Shown in pieces: positions 8,573 to 17,894 of a stretch of DNA of 64,000 nt. The notes beneath the pieces were generated by a model, which had not been told where the DNA came from, did not search any database, and was given only the letters and a program-made list of their open reading frames with translations. Position 1 is the stretch's first letter; each line of letters starts with the position of its first letter. The translations under genes were made by a program, and so were the position numbers. This DNA is from Vulcanimicrobiaceae bacterium (GTDB taxonomy: Bacteria; Methylomirabilota; Methylomirabilia; Methylomirabilales; 2-02-FULL-66-22): positions 1,632 through 65,631 of the forward strand of contig DATJQT010000246.1 of the NCBI GenBank assembly GCA_035505475.1, read 5' to 3'.

Positions 8573-9226
8573 CTACTTACCTGACCCGAGCGGTACGTAA
8601 TACTGCGTCCCGCCCTTCGCCTCGCGCACCGCCTTGATGAGTTGATCGAGATCCGCCGGTCGGTTCACGAAATCAATATCGCTCGTGTTCACGACCAAGA
8701 GGGGCGACGCCGTGTAATGGAAGAAGAAGTGGGTGTAAGCCGCATTCAGCTCGTCCAGGTAGCCTTTGCGAATCTCGCGCTCGTAAGGCTTTCCGCGCTG
8801 CTGGATGCGCTGGACCAGGGTGTCGATGCCAGCCTGCAGGAAAATGACCAGGTCGGGGACGGGCGCCGGCACCTCCAGTTCGTCATGGACTCGCTCGTAG
8901 AGCGCCAGCTCGTGATCTTCGAGCGTGAGGTACGCGAACAGCCTGTCTTTGGCGAAGAGGTTGTCGGCGATGAGCCGCTGGTGCGCCAGATCAATCTCCG
9001 CCAGCTCGCGCTGCTGGCGCACGCGGTTGAGGAGGAACCAGAGCTGCGTCTGAAACGCGTAGCGTTGCGGGTCGCGGTAGAACCCGGGCAGAAACGGATT
9101 GTCGTCGGCCACCTCCAACACGAGCCGCGCGCCCAGGCGCGTGGCCAGTCGCTCCGCCAGGCTGGTCTTTCCCACGCCGATCGGTCCCTCGACGACGATG
9201 TAGCGCGGCAGCACGAGTTCGTTCAT
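8573..9226 (-). CDS. deoxynucleoside kinase family protein
   Basis: MNELVLPRYIVVEGPIGVGKTSLAERLA (P-loop) with a dNK-like body. The ATG at 9226 overlaps the folK stop (ATGA). The track's N-terminal extension overlaps folK and was rejected. Confidence 0.75.
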   Translation of the reverse strand: MNELVLPRYIVVEGPIGVGKTSLAERLATRLGARLVLEVADDNPFLPGFYRDPQRYAFQTQLWFLLNRVRQQRELAEIDLAHQRLIADNLFAKDRLFAYLTLEDHELALYERVHDELEVPAPVPDLVIFLQAGIDTLVQRIQQRGKPYEREIRKGYLDELNAAYTHFFFHYTASPLLVVNTSDIDFVNRPADLDQLIKAVREAKGGTQYYVPLGSGK

Positions 9227-9699
9227 GGCCGGTCCGTCCCGAGCCGTTCGAGCAGCTCTACGGCAGTCAGGTCCAGCACCGGATGCCGGACCTCCGGCGC
9301 GATCGCGGCGAGCGGCTCCAGCACGAACCGGCGCTCGCCCAGGCGGGGGTGCGGCACCGTGAGCCCGGGCCACTGCACAACGGCGTCGCCGTAGAGGAGC
9401 AGATCGAGGTCAATGGTCCGCGCCTTGCCGCGCGCATGGGGCGAGGGCCGGCCCAGCGCCGTCTCGATCGCCTGCAGCCCTACCAGGAGTTCATCAGGCG
9501 GCAACGTGGTCGCAATCTCCGCCACGCCGTTCAGAAAGGGGCCACCCTCCACGTCGTCCTCCGGTTGGGTTTCGATGAGTGGCGAGGTCCGGGTCAACAC
9601 CGTCCCCCGCAATCTCCGCAGGTGGGCGGCCGCCGCCGTGCAGTGCGCTGCGCGATTGCCCAGATTGGAACCGAGCCCGATGAATGCGCGCACGCTCAC
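9223..9699 (-). CDS. folK: 2-amino-4-hydroxy-6-hydroxymethyldihydropteridine diphosphokinase
   Basis: AFIGLGSNLGNR, RTIDLDLLLYG and PHPRLGERRFVLEPL motifs. The GTG start overlaps the folB stop (GTGA). Confidence 0.9.
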   Translation of the reverse strand: MSVRAFIGLGSNLGNRAAHCTAAAAHLRRLRGTVLTRTSPLIETQPEDDVEGGPFLNGVAEIATTLPPDELLVGLQAIETALGRPSPHARGKARTIDLDLLLYGDAVVQWPGLTVPHPRLGERRFVLEPLAAIAPEVRHPVLDLTAVELLERLGTDRP

Positions 9700-10052
9700 G
9701 GCCGGGTGACCTCGGCAGCCACCTGTCCGCCGAAACCCGGCATAGGCGGATTGGGTTTTGTCAGTCGGACCGTCACGTGCTGACAGCGAAAACGGGACAG
9801 CAGTGCCGTGGCCATGCGCGCCGCCACGGTTTCGATCAAGGGGCAGGGTGTGCCCGTGCCGACCTCGAGGACGGATGCCACGACTTGGCTGTAGTCCACC
9901 GTCGCAGAGACATCGGTCCAGTGTTCTGCGCCTGCCAGATTGAGCTGCAGTTCGACATCGACGAGGAAGCGCTGACCCAGCCGGCGCTCTTCCTCGTACA
10001 CGCCGTGGTACCCGTAAAAGCTGATTCCGGAGAGCAGGATGCGATCGGGCAT
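9696..10052 (-). CDS. folB: dihydroneopterin aldolase
   Basis: ILLSGISFYGYHGVYEEERRLGQRFLVDVEL..., 118 aa, adjacent to folK. Confidence 0.87.
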   Translation of the reverse strand: MPDRILLSGISFYGYHGVYEEERRLGQRFLVDVELQLNLAGAEHWTDVSATVDYSQVVASVLEVGTGTPCPLIETVAARMATALLSRFRCQHVTVRLTKPNPPMPGFGGQVAAEVTRP

Positions 10053-10128
10053 ACAGGAAGGTCCAACGTTCGAGATCTAATGTCCGACGTCTAACGGCTC
10101 AGTCTCGGCACTGGCGCCCGGCGCTGCG

Positions 10129-11304
10129 TCATCCGCGGACGCCGAGCGTGCGGATGCGGTCCAGTGCCTCGCGGATGCGTTCGACCTTGACAGTGAAGGC
10201 CGCCCGCACGAAGCCTTCCCCCGCCGCCCCGAAGCCATTGCCGGGCGTGACCACCACACCGGTCTTGAGCAGGATCTCGGCCGTGAAACTGCTAGAGGTG
10301 AACCCGCGCGGGACCGGTACCCAGGCGTAAAACGTCGCCTTTGGCGCGGCGACGGCGAACCCCAACTCTCGCAACCCGCCGATCAGCACGTCACGCCGCT
10401 CCTGCCAGATGCGGCAATTGTCGGCCACGCACGCCTGCGATCCCGTGAGTGCGGCGATGCCGGCATACTGCACGGCCTGGAACACCCCGGAGTCGACGTT
10501 TTGCTTGACGCGGCCCAAGCCGGCAAGGATTTCGGCATTCCCGACTGCGAAGCCGATCCGCCAGCCAGTCATGTTATAGGTCTTCGAAACCGAATGGAAC
10601 TCGACCGCGACATCGCGCGCCCCCGGCACCGCCAAGATGCTTTCCGGCCGATATCCGTCATACGCAATCTCGGAGTACGGCGCATCGTGGGCGAGGATCA
10701 GTCGGTGCCGGCGCGCAAAATCCACGGCCTGGGCCAGGAACTCGCGTGGGGCAACTGCCCCGGTGGGATTATTGGGGTAATTCAGCCAGAGGATCTTCGC
10801 CCGCTTGACGACCGCAGCCGGAATGGCGTCGAGGTCTGGCAAGAAATTCCGCGCCGGCGTGAGCGGCAATGCATAGGATTCGCCCCCCGCAAATAGCGTC
10901 CCTGCCGCATACACGGGGTACCCCGGATCCGGGACCAGCACCACGTCCCCCGGGCTCACGAAGGCCAGGGGCAGATGGCCGATGCCTTCCTTCGAACCGA
11001 TCAGCGTCAACACCTCTTTCGCCGGATCGAGCGCCACACCGAAGCGGGCCTGGTACCAATCGGCCGCCGCACGCCGGAACGCGAGCATGCCTTCATACGA
11101 CGGATACTGGTGATTGGCCGGATCGACCGCCGCCTTGGCAAGCGCCTCAATGATGTGAGGAGGCGTCGGCAAGTCCGGATCCCCGATTCCCAAGCTGATG
11201 ATGTCCACCCCCTTTTTCACCTGTTCCTGTTTCATGCGGTCCAACTCGGCAAAGAGGTATGGGGGCAGAGCTCGCAAGCGTTCCGACTGCGTGTAGCTGC
11301 TCAT
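10129..11304 (-). CDS. dapL: class I/II PLP aminotransferase, LL-diaminopimelate aminotransferase-like by context
   Basis: RLRALPPYLFAELDRMK...GVDIISLGIGDPDLPTP and SVSKTYNMTGWRIG (PLP-Lys). It sits directly downstream of dapB-dapA-lysA. The specific substrate is inferred from context only. Confidence 0.65.
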   Translation of the reverse strand: MSSYTQSERLRALPPYLFAELDRMKQEQVKKGVDIISLGIGDPDLPTPPHIIEALAKAAVDPANHQYPSYEGMLAFRRAAADWYQARFGVALDPAKEVLTLIGSKEGIGHLPLAFVSPGDVVLVPDPGYPVYAAGTLFAGGESYALPLTPARNFLPDLDAIPAAVVKRAKILWLNYPNNPTGAVAPREFLAQAVDFARRHRLILAHDAPYSEIAYDGYRPESILAVPGARDVAVEFHSVSKTYNMTGWRIGFAVGNAEILAGLGRVKQNVDSGVFQAVQYAGIAALTGSQACVADNCRIWQERRDVLIGGLRELGFAVAAPKATFYAWVPVPRGFTSSSFTAEILLKTGVVVTPGNGFGAAGEGFVRAAFTVKVERIREALDRIRTLGVRG

Positions 11305-11383
11305 AGACTCCTCGAGTTCAAGGGATCGAAAGACCGAATGCGTGATCGTGTTCGTGGCGTCGCTCGCGGCGCTGCGGGTGTGC

Positions 11384-12193
11384 TTACAAGCGTTTCAGTC
11401 CAAGCACGTCCGCCATATCATAAAACCCCGCCGGCTTCCCGATGACCCAGCGGGCCGCGCGCAGCGCCCCATGAGCGAAATTGTCCCGGCTGTGTGCCCG
11501 GTGCGTCACCTCGATCCGCTCGCCCATTCCGCCGAACAGGACGGTATGCTCGCCCACAATGTCGCCCGCCCGGATCGCATGGACGGCGATTTCTTTCGCC
11601 GGGCGTTCGCCGACCAGCCCCTGCCGGCCATAGACGCCCACCTGCTTCAGGTCGCGGCCCAGCGCGCGGGCGATGACTTGCGCGATCCGCTCGGCTGTCC
11701 CGCTCGGCGCGTCCTTCTTAAAGTGGTGGTGGGCCTCGGTGATCTCCACATCGTACGCGTCGCCCAGCATACGGGCGGCCTCGGCCACGATCCCGTACAG
11801 GACGTTCACGCCCACACTCATGTTGGGCGACTGCACGCAGGATATCGCGGTGCAGAGCTCTTTCGCGCGCTTGAGGTCCGCCTCGGACAGACCGGTGGTC
11901 CCAATCACCGCAGCTACTCGGGCCTTACTCGCCGCCTCCAGGTTTCGCAGGGCCGCCTGGGGCGCGGTGAAATCGAGGTAGACCTCGGCCCCTTTCAGGG
12001 CGGCATCCATCCGGTCCTGGAGCGGCACGCCGACCGTCCCCACGCCGGCGACGTCCCCCACATCGCGACCGACATCCGGATGGCCGGCGCGCTCAACCGC
12101 GCCGCAGACCTGTAGATCCCCGCTTTCCCGGATCAGCGCGATCAACCGCCTCCCCATCCGCCCCGCCGCCCCAGCGACCACAACCTTGGTCAC
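11384..12193 (-). CDS. dapB: 4-hydroxy-tetrahydrodipicolinate reductase
   Basis: VTKVVVAGAAGRMGRRLI (NAD(P) fold) and EAHHHFKKDAPSGTA signature. GTG at 12193 is preceded by GAGGAGG. The longer track ORF would read through the repeat spacer. Confidence 0.9.
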   Translation of the reverse strand: MTKVVVAGAAGRMGRRLIALIRESGDLQVCGAVERAGHPDVGRDVGDVAGVGTVGVPLQDRMDAALKGAEVYLDFTAPQAALRNLEAASKARVAAVIGTTGLSEADLKRAKELCTAISCVQSPNMSVGVNVLYGIVAEAARMLGDAYDVEITEAHHHFKKDAPSGTAERIAQVIARALGRDLKQVGVYGRQGLVGERPAKEIAVHAIRAGDIVGEHTVLFGGMGERIEVTHRAHSRDNFAHGALRAARWVIGKPAGFYDMADVLGLKRL

Positions 12194-12207
12194 GGCAACC
12201 TCCTCTT

Positions 12208-12305
12208 CAATGACCAATGAGCCAATGACCAATTCCCAGTTGACCCCCTCCGGCATTGGTCATTGAGGGTTGGTCATTGGCCATTCTTGGTCATCATCGG
12301 TCATT
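12208..12305. repeat. cluster of CAATGACCAA / TTGGTCATTG units (two direct plus two inverted, plus partial copies) in the dapA-dapB spacer
   Basis: caatgaccaa at 12208-12217 and 12223-12232. The inverted ttggtcattg lies at 12256-12265 and 12271-12280. Partial ttggtcat / cggtcatt copies lie at 12287-12294 and 12298-12305. The arms can pair as two 10-bp helices. Confidence 0.8.
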
Positions 12306-13189
12306 CACAGAATGCCATAGGCCTTCAGCGCGATTTCCAGCTTTTTCCGGTTCACGTCGGTCATGGCACAGAGCGGCAGCCGAAACTCTTCCTTGATCTT
12401 TCCCATCATGGCAAGTGCCGTCTTGACCGGGATCGGGTTCGTCTCGTAGAACATCGCCTGCGACAGTGGGAAGAGCTTGAGGTGCAGCTCGCGCGCCCGC
12501 TTCCAGTCGCCGCTCAAGAACGCGCGGGTCATGGCGGAAACGTCCTGCGGAACGATGTTGGCCACCACCGAGATGATCCCCCGGCCCCCCACCGCCATCA
12601 ACGGCAGGGTGAGCGTGTCGTCGCCCGACAGGAAGCTCAGCTTGTCTCCGCACAGCACGATGTCCTGCGTCATTTGCTCCAGGTTCCCGGTAGCCTCTTT
12701 CATCCCCACGATGTTCGGATGATCGGCAAGCACTGCCACAGTCTCGGGGAGCATGTTGATGCCGGTCCGACCCGGAATGTTGTAGAGGACGAGCGGAAGG
12801 TCCGCCGCATCGGCGATGGCGCGGCAATGTTCGATCAAACCCTTCTGGGTGGGCTTGTTATAGTACGGCAGCACGATCAGGGCCGCGTCGGCGCCCGCCT
12901 GCTTGGCGTGTTTGGTGAGGCTGATCGCCTCGGCCGTGGAATTCGAGCCCGTACCGGCGATGACTGGTACCCGCTTGTTGCTGGCCGCGATCACGATGTC
13001 GATCACCCGCTTGTGTTCATCGTGATCCAAAGTGGGCGATTCGCCGGTCGTCCCACAGGGGACGATCCCATCGGTGCCGCCGGCAATTTGGAACTCGACC
13101 AGCGACTTGAGGGCGGACTCGTCCACCTTGCCGTCGCGAAACGGCGTGACCAGGGCTACGATGGAACCTTGAAACAGTCGCTTGGCCAT
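12305..13189 (-). CDS. dapA: 4-hydroxy-tetrahydrodipicolinate synthase
   Basis: GSIVALVTPF, IVPCGTTGESPTL, YNIPGRTG. The ATG at 13189 is preceded by GGAGGGG. Confidence 0.92.
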   Translation of the reverse strand: MAKRLFQGSIVALVTPFRDGKVDESALKSLVEFQIAGGTDGIVPCGTTGESPTLDHDEHKRVIDIVIAASNKRVPVIAGTGSNSTAEAISLTKHAKQAGADAALIVLPYYNKPTQKGLIEHCRAIADAADLPLVLYNIPGRTGINMLPETVAVLADHPNIVGMKEATGNLEQMTQDIVLCGDKLSFLSGDDTLTLPLMAVGGRGIISVVANIVPQDVSAMTRAFLSGDWKRARELHLKLFPLSQAMFYETNPIPVKTALAMMGKIKEEFRLPLCAMTDVNRKKLEIALKAYGIL

Positions 13190-13213
13190 TGTCCCCTCCA
13201 ACGCGCGACGGGC

Positions 13214-14473
13214 CTACTGGACCTCTTCCAGCGTGTGCTCGCCGCGCATCAAGTCCGCATAGCTCTCCCGCTCTCGCACCACGAAGAACCGGTCGCCGCG
13301 GACCATCACTTCGGGCGCGCGCGGCCGCGCATTGTAATTCGACGACATGGTGTGGCCGTAGGCGCCGGCCGACATGATGGCCATCAGCTCCCCCGGTTCG
13401 AAGCGCGGCAGCAGCCGCTCCTTGGCCAGGAAATCGCCGGATTCGCAGATCGGCCCCACGACATCCGCGATGATTTCTTCGCGCCCGGGCACGCGGCGCG
13501 CGCGCCAGATCGCATGATAGGACCCGTACAGGCTCGGCCGCGCCAGATCGTTCATGCCGGCATCGACGATTAGGAAGTTCTTCACCGGGCTCTGCTTGGT
13601 GTACAGCACCCGGGTCACCAGGATGCCGGCATTGCCGACCAGCAGGCGGCCCGGCTCCAGCACCACCGTGGCGTCCAGATCCTTGATCACGTCGATCAGC
13701 GCCCGCGCGAATTCGCCCGGCAAAGGCGGCGTCTCGTCCTGATACGTGATCCCCAGGCCGCCGCCAATATCAATGTAGCGGATGTGCGTGCCTTGACCGC
13801 GCAGTTGCCGGACCAAGCCAGCTGTCCGCGTGAGTGAGTCCACGAAGGGTTGAATGCTCGTGATCTGTGACCCGATGTGCTGGTGAATCCCGACGACATC
13901 GATCGAGGCCATTCGCGCCGCCGCCGCATACTCTTCCAGGGCTCGGTGAATATCGATGCCGAATTTGCTCTGCTTGAGCCCGGTCGCGATGTACGGGTGC
14001 GTCTTCGGATCAACATCGGGGTTCACGCGCAGCGCCACGCGCGCGCGGAGCCCCAGCTCGGCGGCAACCGCATTGATGGTGCGCAGTTCCTGATCCGATT
14101 CCACGTTGAACATCAGGATATTGGCTTTCAGCGCGTCGGCAATCTCCTCGCGCGTCTTGCCGACGCCGGCATAGACGATTCGGTCCGGCGCCACCCCGGC
14201 GCGGAGCGCGCGGTACAGCTCTCCGCCCGAGACCACATCCATTCCCCCGCCCAGGTCCGCAAAGAGCTTCAGAACCGCGAGGTTCGCGTTCGCCTTCAAG
14301 GCAAAGCAGATCAGATGGGGAACGGCCTGGAACGCCTCGTCCAGCATCCGATAATGCCGGGTGAGCGTGGCGTGGCTGTAAATGTATGCCGGCGTGCCCA
14401 CGGCCTCGACGATACGCGCGACCGGCACGTCTTCACAGTAGAGGTCGTCGCCTCGATGCTGAAAATGATGCAT
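13214..14473 (-). CDS. lysA: diaminopimelate decarboxylase
   Basis: GTPAYIYS, CFALKANAN (PLP-Lys), IGGGLGI, GPICESGD. Start taken at MHHFQHRGDDLY (14473). The 58-aa track extension has no lysA-like sequence. Confidence 0.92.
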   Translation of the reverse strand: MHHFQHRGDDLYCEDVPVARIVEAVGTPAYIYSHATLTRHYRMLDEAFQAVPHLICFALKANANLAVLKLFADLGGGMDVVSGGELYRALRAGVAPDRIVYAGVGKTREEIADALKANILMFNVESDQELRTINAVAAELGLRARVALRVNPDVDPKTHPYIATGLKQSKFGIDIHRALEEYAAAARMASIDVVGIHQHIGSQITSIQPFVDSLTRTAGLVRQLRGQGTHIRYIDIGGGLGITYQDETPPLPGEFARALIDVIKDLDATVVLEPGRLLVGNAGILVTRVLYTKQSPVKNFLIVDAGMNDLARPSLYGSYHAIWRARRVPGREEIIADVVGPICESGDFLAKERLLPRFEPGELMAIMSAGAYGHTMSSNYNARPRAPEVMVRGDRFFVVRERESYADLMRGEHTLEEVQ

Positions 14474-15040
14474 GCCGTGGCCTCTCCCGCGAGCTGATAT
14501 AGAGGAAATGGCGCCCGAGCGGCCTTCGAATGGAAATGGGTACCATACGTTTATGCGAGTGTCAAAATCAAAACAAGCTATTCGCTCCGTCCTGGCTGGT
14601 ACCGCGACTCGGCCAAGCCCGGTCCCCTGCTTGAAGCTGCTTGACAACGAGTGGCGCCTTGGCCTAGCTTTCGACCACGATCTCCGGCAGTGTGGAATCT
14701 CGCGATCCGAAAGAGGTCAGCGTGAGTTGGGCAGTCCGCGCATTGCGGTCTCGGTCATCTGGACCCTGCACCCCGAATATTCGCTTCGACTCTTCAGGTG
14801 TGAATGGCCGATACACGGCCCACGCGGTGTTGCGCAAAGAAGAAGTCTTTTGAGACAGAAGCCATAGGGGATGCTGGAAGTTATCGTCTGCGCGAGCGTG
14901 GCGCTGACGGTGACTGCCGAGGTGGCCAAGAGCAGCATCGGCTCGATCTACGGACCCGATGCTCCGCTACCCTTTGGGTCGGTCAAATTCAAGGGGTTGG
15001 TTGGGTAAGCTGCCCACCTGCGCACATTGATAGGAAGAGC

Positions 15041-16336
15041 ATGTCTTATCGTCTCGCTTTCCACGGCGCACACCTGATTGATGGGGTGCACGAAGCCTCA
15101 TCGTCAAATCAAACCGTACTGGTCGCTCATGACGGGAAAATCGCTGCCGTAGGTCCTTCCGAGGCCATTGCCGTGCCGGCAGGAGTCCCGACAATCTCCG
15201 GCCAGGGCATGACGCTGCTCCCCGGCCTCATAGATGGCCACGTGCATCTCACCTGGGACAAGACGCTCTACAGTGCGTACTCCTCCCGTGACTACTCGAG
15301 GCGGCTGCGCCTCCGCGATCCGGAGCGCCAGTTGGTCCGGGCCGAACACTTTGCCCAGATGGCGCTGGCGGCAGGGGTCACGACGGTCCGGGACTGCGGA
15401 GCGGATGACTTCACCGTCCTTGCGTTGCGAGAGGCCATCGCTGCGGACCAGTTCGTCGGCCCGCGTATTCTCGCCTGCGGGCGCCCGATCACGACCACAG
15501 CGGGGCACATCTACTCGGACTGGGGCGTGGACAGCGCCGAGGATCTCCGTAAAGCCGTCCGGACGCTCGCGGCGAAGCATGTGGATTTCATCAAGCTGAT
15601 CGTGAGCGGCGGGACCACAACGCCGGGCACGAACATCAGCCGGTCGCAGTATTCGCTCGAAGACCTCAAGGCGGTCGTCGCTGACGCGCATCGCTTGGGC
15701 TTGCCCGTCGTCGGCCATGCGATTTCCACCGACAGCATCCGCTTGGCGGCCCAGGCCGGGCTCGACACCATCGAGCATTGCTCCTGGATCGGCAACGACC
15801 CGAACACCACCGTCACGGATTCGAGCGCCGTCGAGTGGATGGTCCGGAACAACGTCCGGGTAGATCACGCCATTATCCCTCGGCCGTACCTATTCCCGGA
15901 CGAGAATGGGGGGCCACCAACCCCGGAGGAACAGTGGTGGCTCAACATGCTGAAGGTCCGCTGGCCGTTTCTCCACACGATGCGCGCCAACGGGGTCCCC
16001 GTCTTCCTCGGCACCGATGCGGCATTCGGCGTATGGCCTGGGACCCAACTGTGGCCCGGTTTCCAGGAAATGGCGCGCGCCATCGAGGTGATGGTCCGCT
16101 GGGCGGAGTTTCCGGCGATGGACGTGATCCGGATGGCGACCAGCGAGGCGGCCCTTGCACTCCGACTGGATGCCGAGGTCGGCAGCATCGAAGTCGGCAA
16201 GCGCGCCGATCTCATACTGGTCCATGGCGATCCGCTTGCCGAGATTCGCCGCCTGCGGAACCCGGCAACGGTTTTCCGCGACGGCCGCCTGGCGGCCGCA
16301 GACGGTCGGGTCGTGCTTCCGGGAGCCACCCTGTGA
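15041..16336 (+). CDS. amidohydrolase-superfamily metal-dependent hydrolase
   Basis: MSYRLAFHGAHLIDG...LLPGLIDGHVHL (HxH metal site), VVGHAIS, DTIEHCS, LGTDA. The C-terminal ...VGKRADLILVHGDPL is typical of the Amidohydro_1 fold. Substrate unknown. Confidence 0.8.
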   Translation: MSYRLAFHGAHLIDGVHEASSSNQTVLVAHDGKIAAVGPSEAIAVPAGVPTISGQGMTLLPGLIDGHVHLTWDKTLYSAYSSRDYSRRLRLRDPERQLVRAEHFAQMALAAGVTTVRDCGADDFTVLALREAIAADQFVGPRILACGRPITTTAGHIYSDWGVDSAEDLRKAVRTLAAKHVDFIKLIVSGGTTTPGTNISRSQYSLEDLKAVVADAHRLGLPVVGHAISTDSIRLAAQAGLDTIEHCSWIGNDPNTTVTDSSAVEWMVRNNVRVDHAIIPRPYLFPDENGGPPTPEEQWWLNMLKVRWPFLHTMRANGVPVFLGTDAAFGVWPGTQLWPGFQEMARAIEVMVRWAEFPAMDVIRMATSEAALALRLDAEVGSIEVGKRADLILVHGDPLAEIRRLRNPATVFRDGRLAAADGRVVLPGATL

Positions 16337-16466
16337 GAGGAAACAAACGGGCCGTTCGCGCTTCGATAGACTCGGCCTGAATGGCTCATGTTCCGCGCGA
16401 CAGCAAGCTTGTCTTGAACTCGTCGCGATGAGTGGTGCCATCCGAACAGACTGCAAGGAGACTAGG

Positions 16467-17768
16467 ATGAAATCCGAGGCGCTTTTCAGCGCAGCACAGA
16501 AACATTTAGTCGGTGGCGGCGGTGCCGGGGGTCGCTATCACCCACTGCTCAAGCGGCCGGTGTACCTGACCAAAGGCAAGGGGTCGCGTTTTTGGGATGT
16601 GGATGGGAAGGAGTACATCGACTTCTTCACGGGTAGCGGCGCCAATTTTTTGGGACACGATCATCCGGCCATCGCCGCCGCAATCCGGCAGGCGCTCGAG
16701 ATCGGCGTCATCTGCAATGGTGAAACTGAATACCACTCACGTTTGGCCGACCTGGTGGCCGAAGCGGTTCCGTGCGCCGAAAAGATCCGATTTGCAAACA
16801 GCGGCACGGAAGCGACGCTGGGGGCGGTCCGCATCGCCCGCGCCTTTACCAAGAAATCGAAGATCCTGAAATTCGAGGGGCATTTCCACGGCATGCACGA
16901 GTTCACCTGGTACAACTGCGCCACCGCAGTGGGCGATGTCCGGGCCGACGGAACGATTGCGCCGATTCCCGACTCGGATGGCATGCCCGACCTCTCCCAC
17001 CTCGTGATCGTGGTGCCGTTCAACGATGCGGACGCATTCGACCGGGCAATCCGCGCGTACAAAGACGAAATTGCTGCCGTGATCATCGAACCGATCGCCT
17101 ACAACATGGGCTGCGTACCGTCCCAGCCGGACTTTCTGCGCCATGTGCGGCAGGTCTGTACCGACACGGGCATCGTCTTGATCCTGGATGAAGTACTCTC
17201 CGGCTTTCGCATGTGCCGCGGTGGGGCCCAGCAGTATTTCGGGGTGACCGCCGACCTGTGCACGTTGGCCAAGGCGCTCGGCGGTGGCGTGCCGATCGCA
17301 GCGGTGTGCGGGAAGTCCGACGTAATGGCCGTACTCAATCCCACCGGTCACACCGTGATGAGCGGCACATACACCGGCCATCTGACCGCCGTCATGGGCG
17401 CGATCGCCTGCCAGACGGAACTGGCCAGCCCTGAGTTTTATGTTCACATCAACACGCTTGCCGACCGGCTCTACAAGGGCATCGCCGAAGCGCTGCGTGC
17501 GACCGGAGTGCCGGGCATCGTGCAGGGGGTCGGCGCCCGCTTCGGTTTGTATTTGGGCGTCACCGAGCCGGTGACCAGTTACCGAACCGCAGTCCGCTGC
17601 GACCGCCACAGAGAGATCCGATTCATACTGGGATGCGTCCGACGTGGGCTGTACCTTCACGATTATTCCCACCAGGCACCTATGCATCACGGCTTCTCGT
17701 CCCAGCACTCCATCGCCGACATCGATGCCGCGTTGAATATCATCGAGGATTCGCTGCGCGAGTCGTAA
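16467..17768 (+). CDS. class-III (GSA-aminomutase-like) PLP aminotransferase
   Basis: ATG preceded by AAGGAG. Motifs: GSRFWDVDGKEYIDFFTGSGANFLGH, FANSGTEAT, ILDEVLSGFR, DLCTLAKALGGGVPIAAV (PLP-Lys). Confidence 0.82.
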   Translation: MKSEALFSAAQKHLVGGGGAGGRYHPLLKRPVYLTKGKGSRFWDVDGKEYIDFFTGSGANFLGHDHPAIAAAIRQALEIGVICNGETEYHSRLADLVAEAVPCAEKIRFANSGTEATLGAVRIARAFTKKSKILKFEGHFHGMHEFTWYNCATAVGDVRADGTIAPIPDSDGMPDLSHLVIVVPFNDADAFDRAIRAYKDEIAAVIIEPIAYNMGCVPSQPDFLRHVRQVCTDTGIVLILDEVLSGFRMCRGGAQQYFGVTADLCTLAKALGGGVPIAAVCGKSDVMAVLNPTGHTVMSGTYTGHLTAVMGAIACQTELASPEFYVHINTLADRLYKGIAEALRATGVPGIVQGVGARFGLYLGVTEPVTSYRTAVRCDRHREIRFILGCVRRGLYLHDYSHQAPMHHGFSSQHSIADIDAALNIIEDSLRES

Positions 17769-17781
17769 CAGCCACGAACCG

Positions 17782-17821
17782 AAGAAACCGGGTACGTGCT
17801 TGCGCATTTCCCCGGTTTCTT
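17782..17821 (+). terminator. hairpin terminator candidate after the aminotransferase gene
   Basis: aagaaaccggg (17782-17792) pairs with cccggtttctt (17811-21), followed by gttgtg. The loop is rather large (18 nt). Confidence 0.45.
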
Positions 17822-17839
17822 GTTGTGCGGTCGTGCAAA

Positions 17840-17876
17840 CGCCGTGTGCACGTCGCCAGTCGAAGTGCACACGGCG
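17840..17876 (-). terminator. perfect 12-bp inverted repeat between convergent genes
   Basis: cgccgtgtgcac (17840-17851), a 13-nt loop, then gtgcacacggcg (17865-17876). It lies 18 nt downstream of the 17895 stop on the - strand, with only a short U-run (UUUG). Confidence 0.45.
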
Positions 17877-17894
17877 GTGTACACCCGTGAGGGC

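Noticed and set aside
14474-14720. Possible lysine riboswitch (L-box) in the lysA leader.
   Set aside because: Reading the - strand, I could not find the conserved L-box core elements or a multi-helix junction followed by a terminator. Only an Rfam/Infernal scan could settle it.
14871-15008. A 45-aa ORF (MLEVIVCASVALTVTAEVAKSS...) in the lysA/amidohydrolase gap.
   Set aside because: The GGGG lies directly against the ATG, so there is no proper SD spacing. The ORF is short and has no recognisable family, so it cannot be separated from chance.
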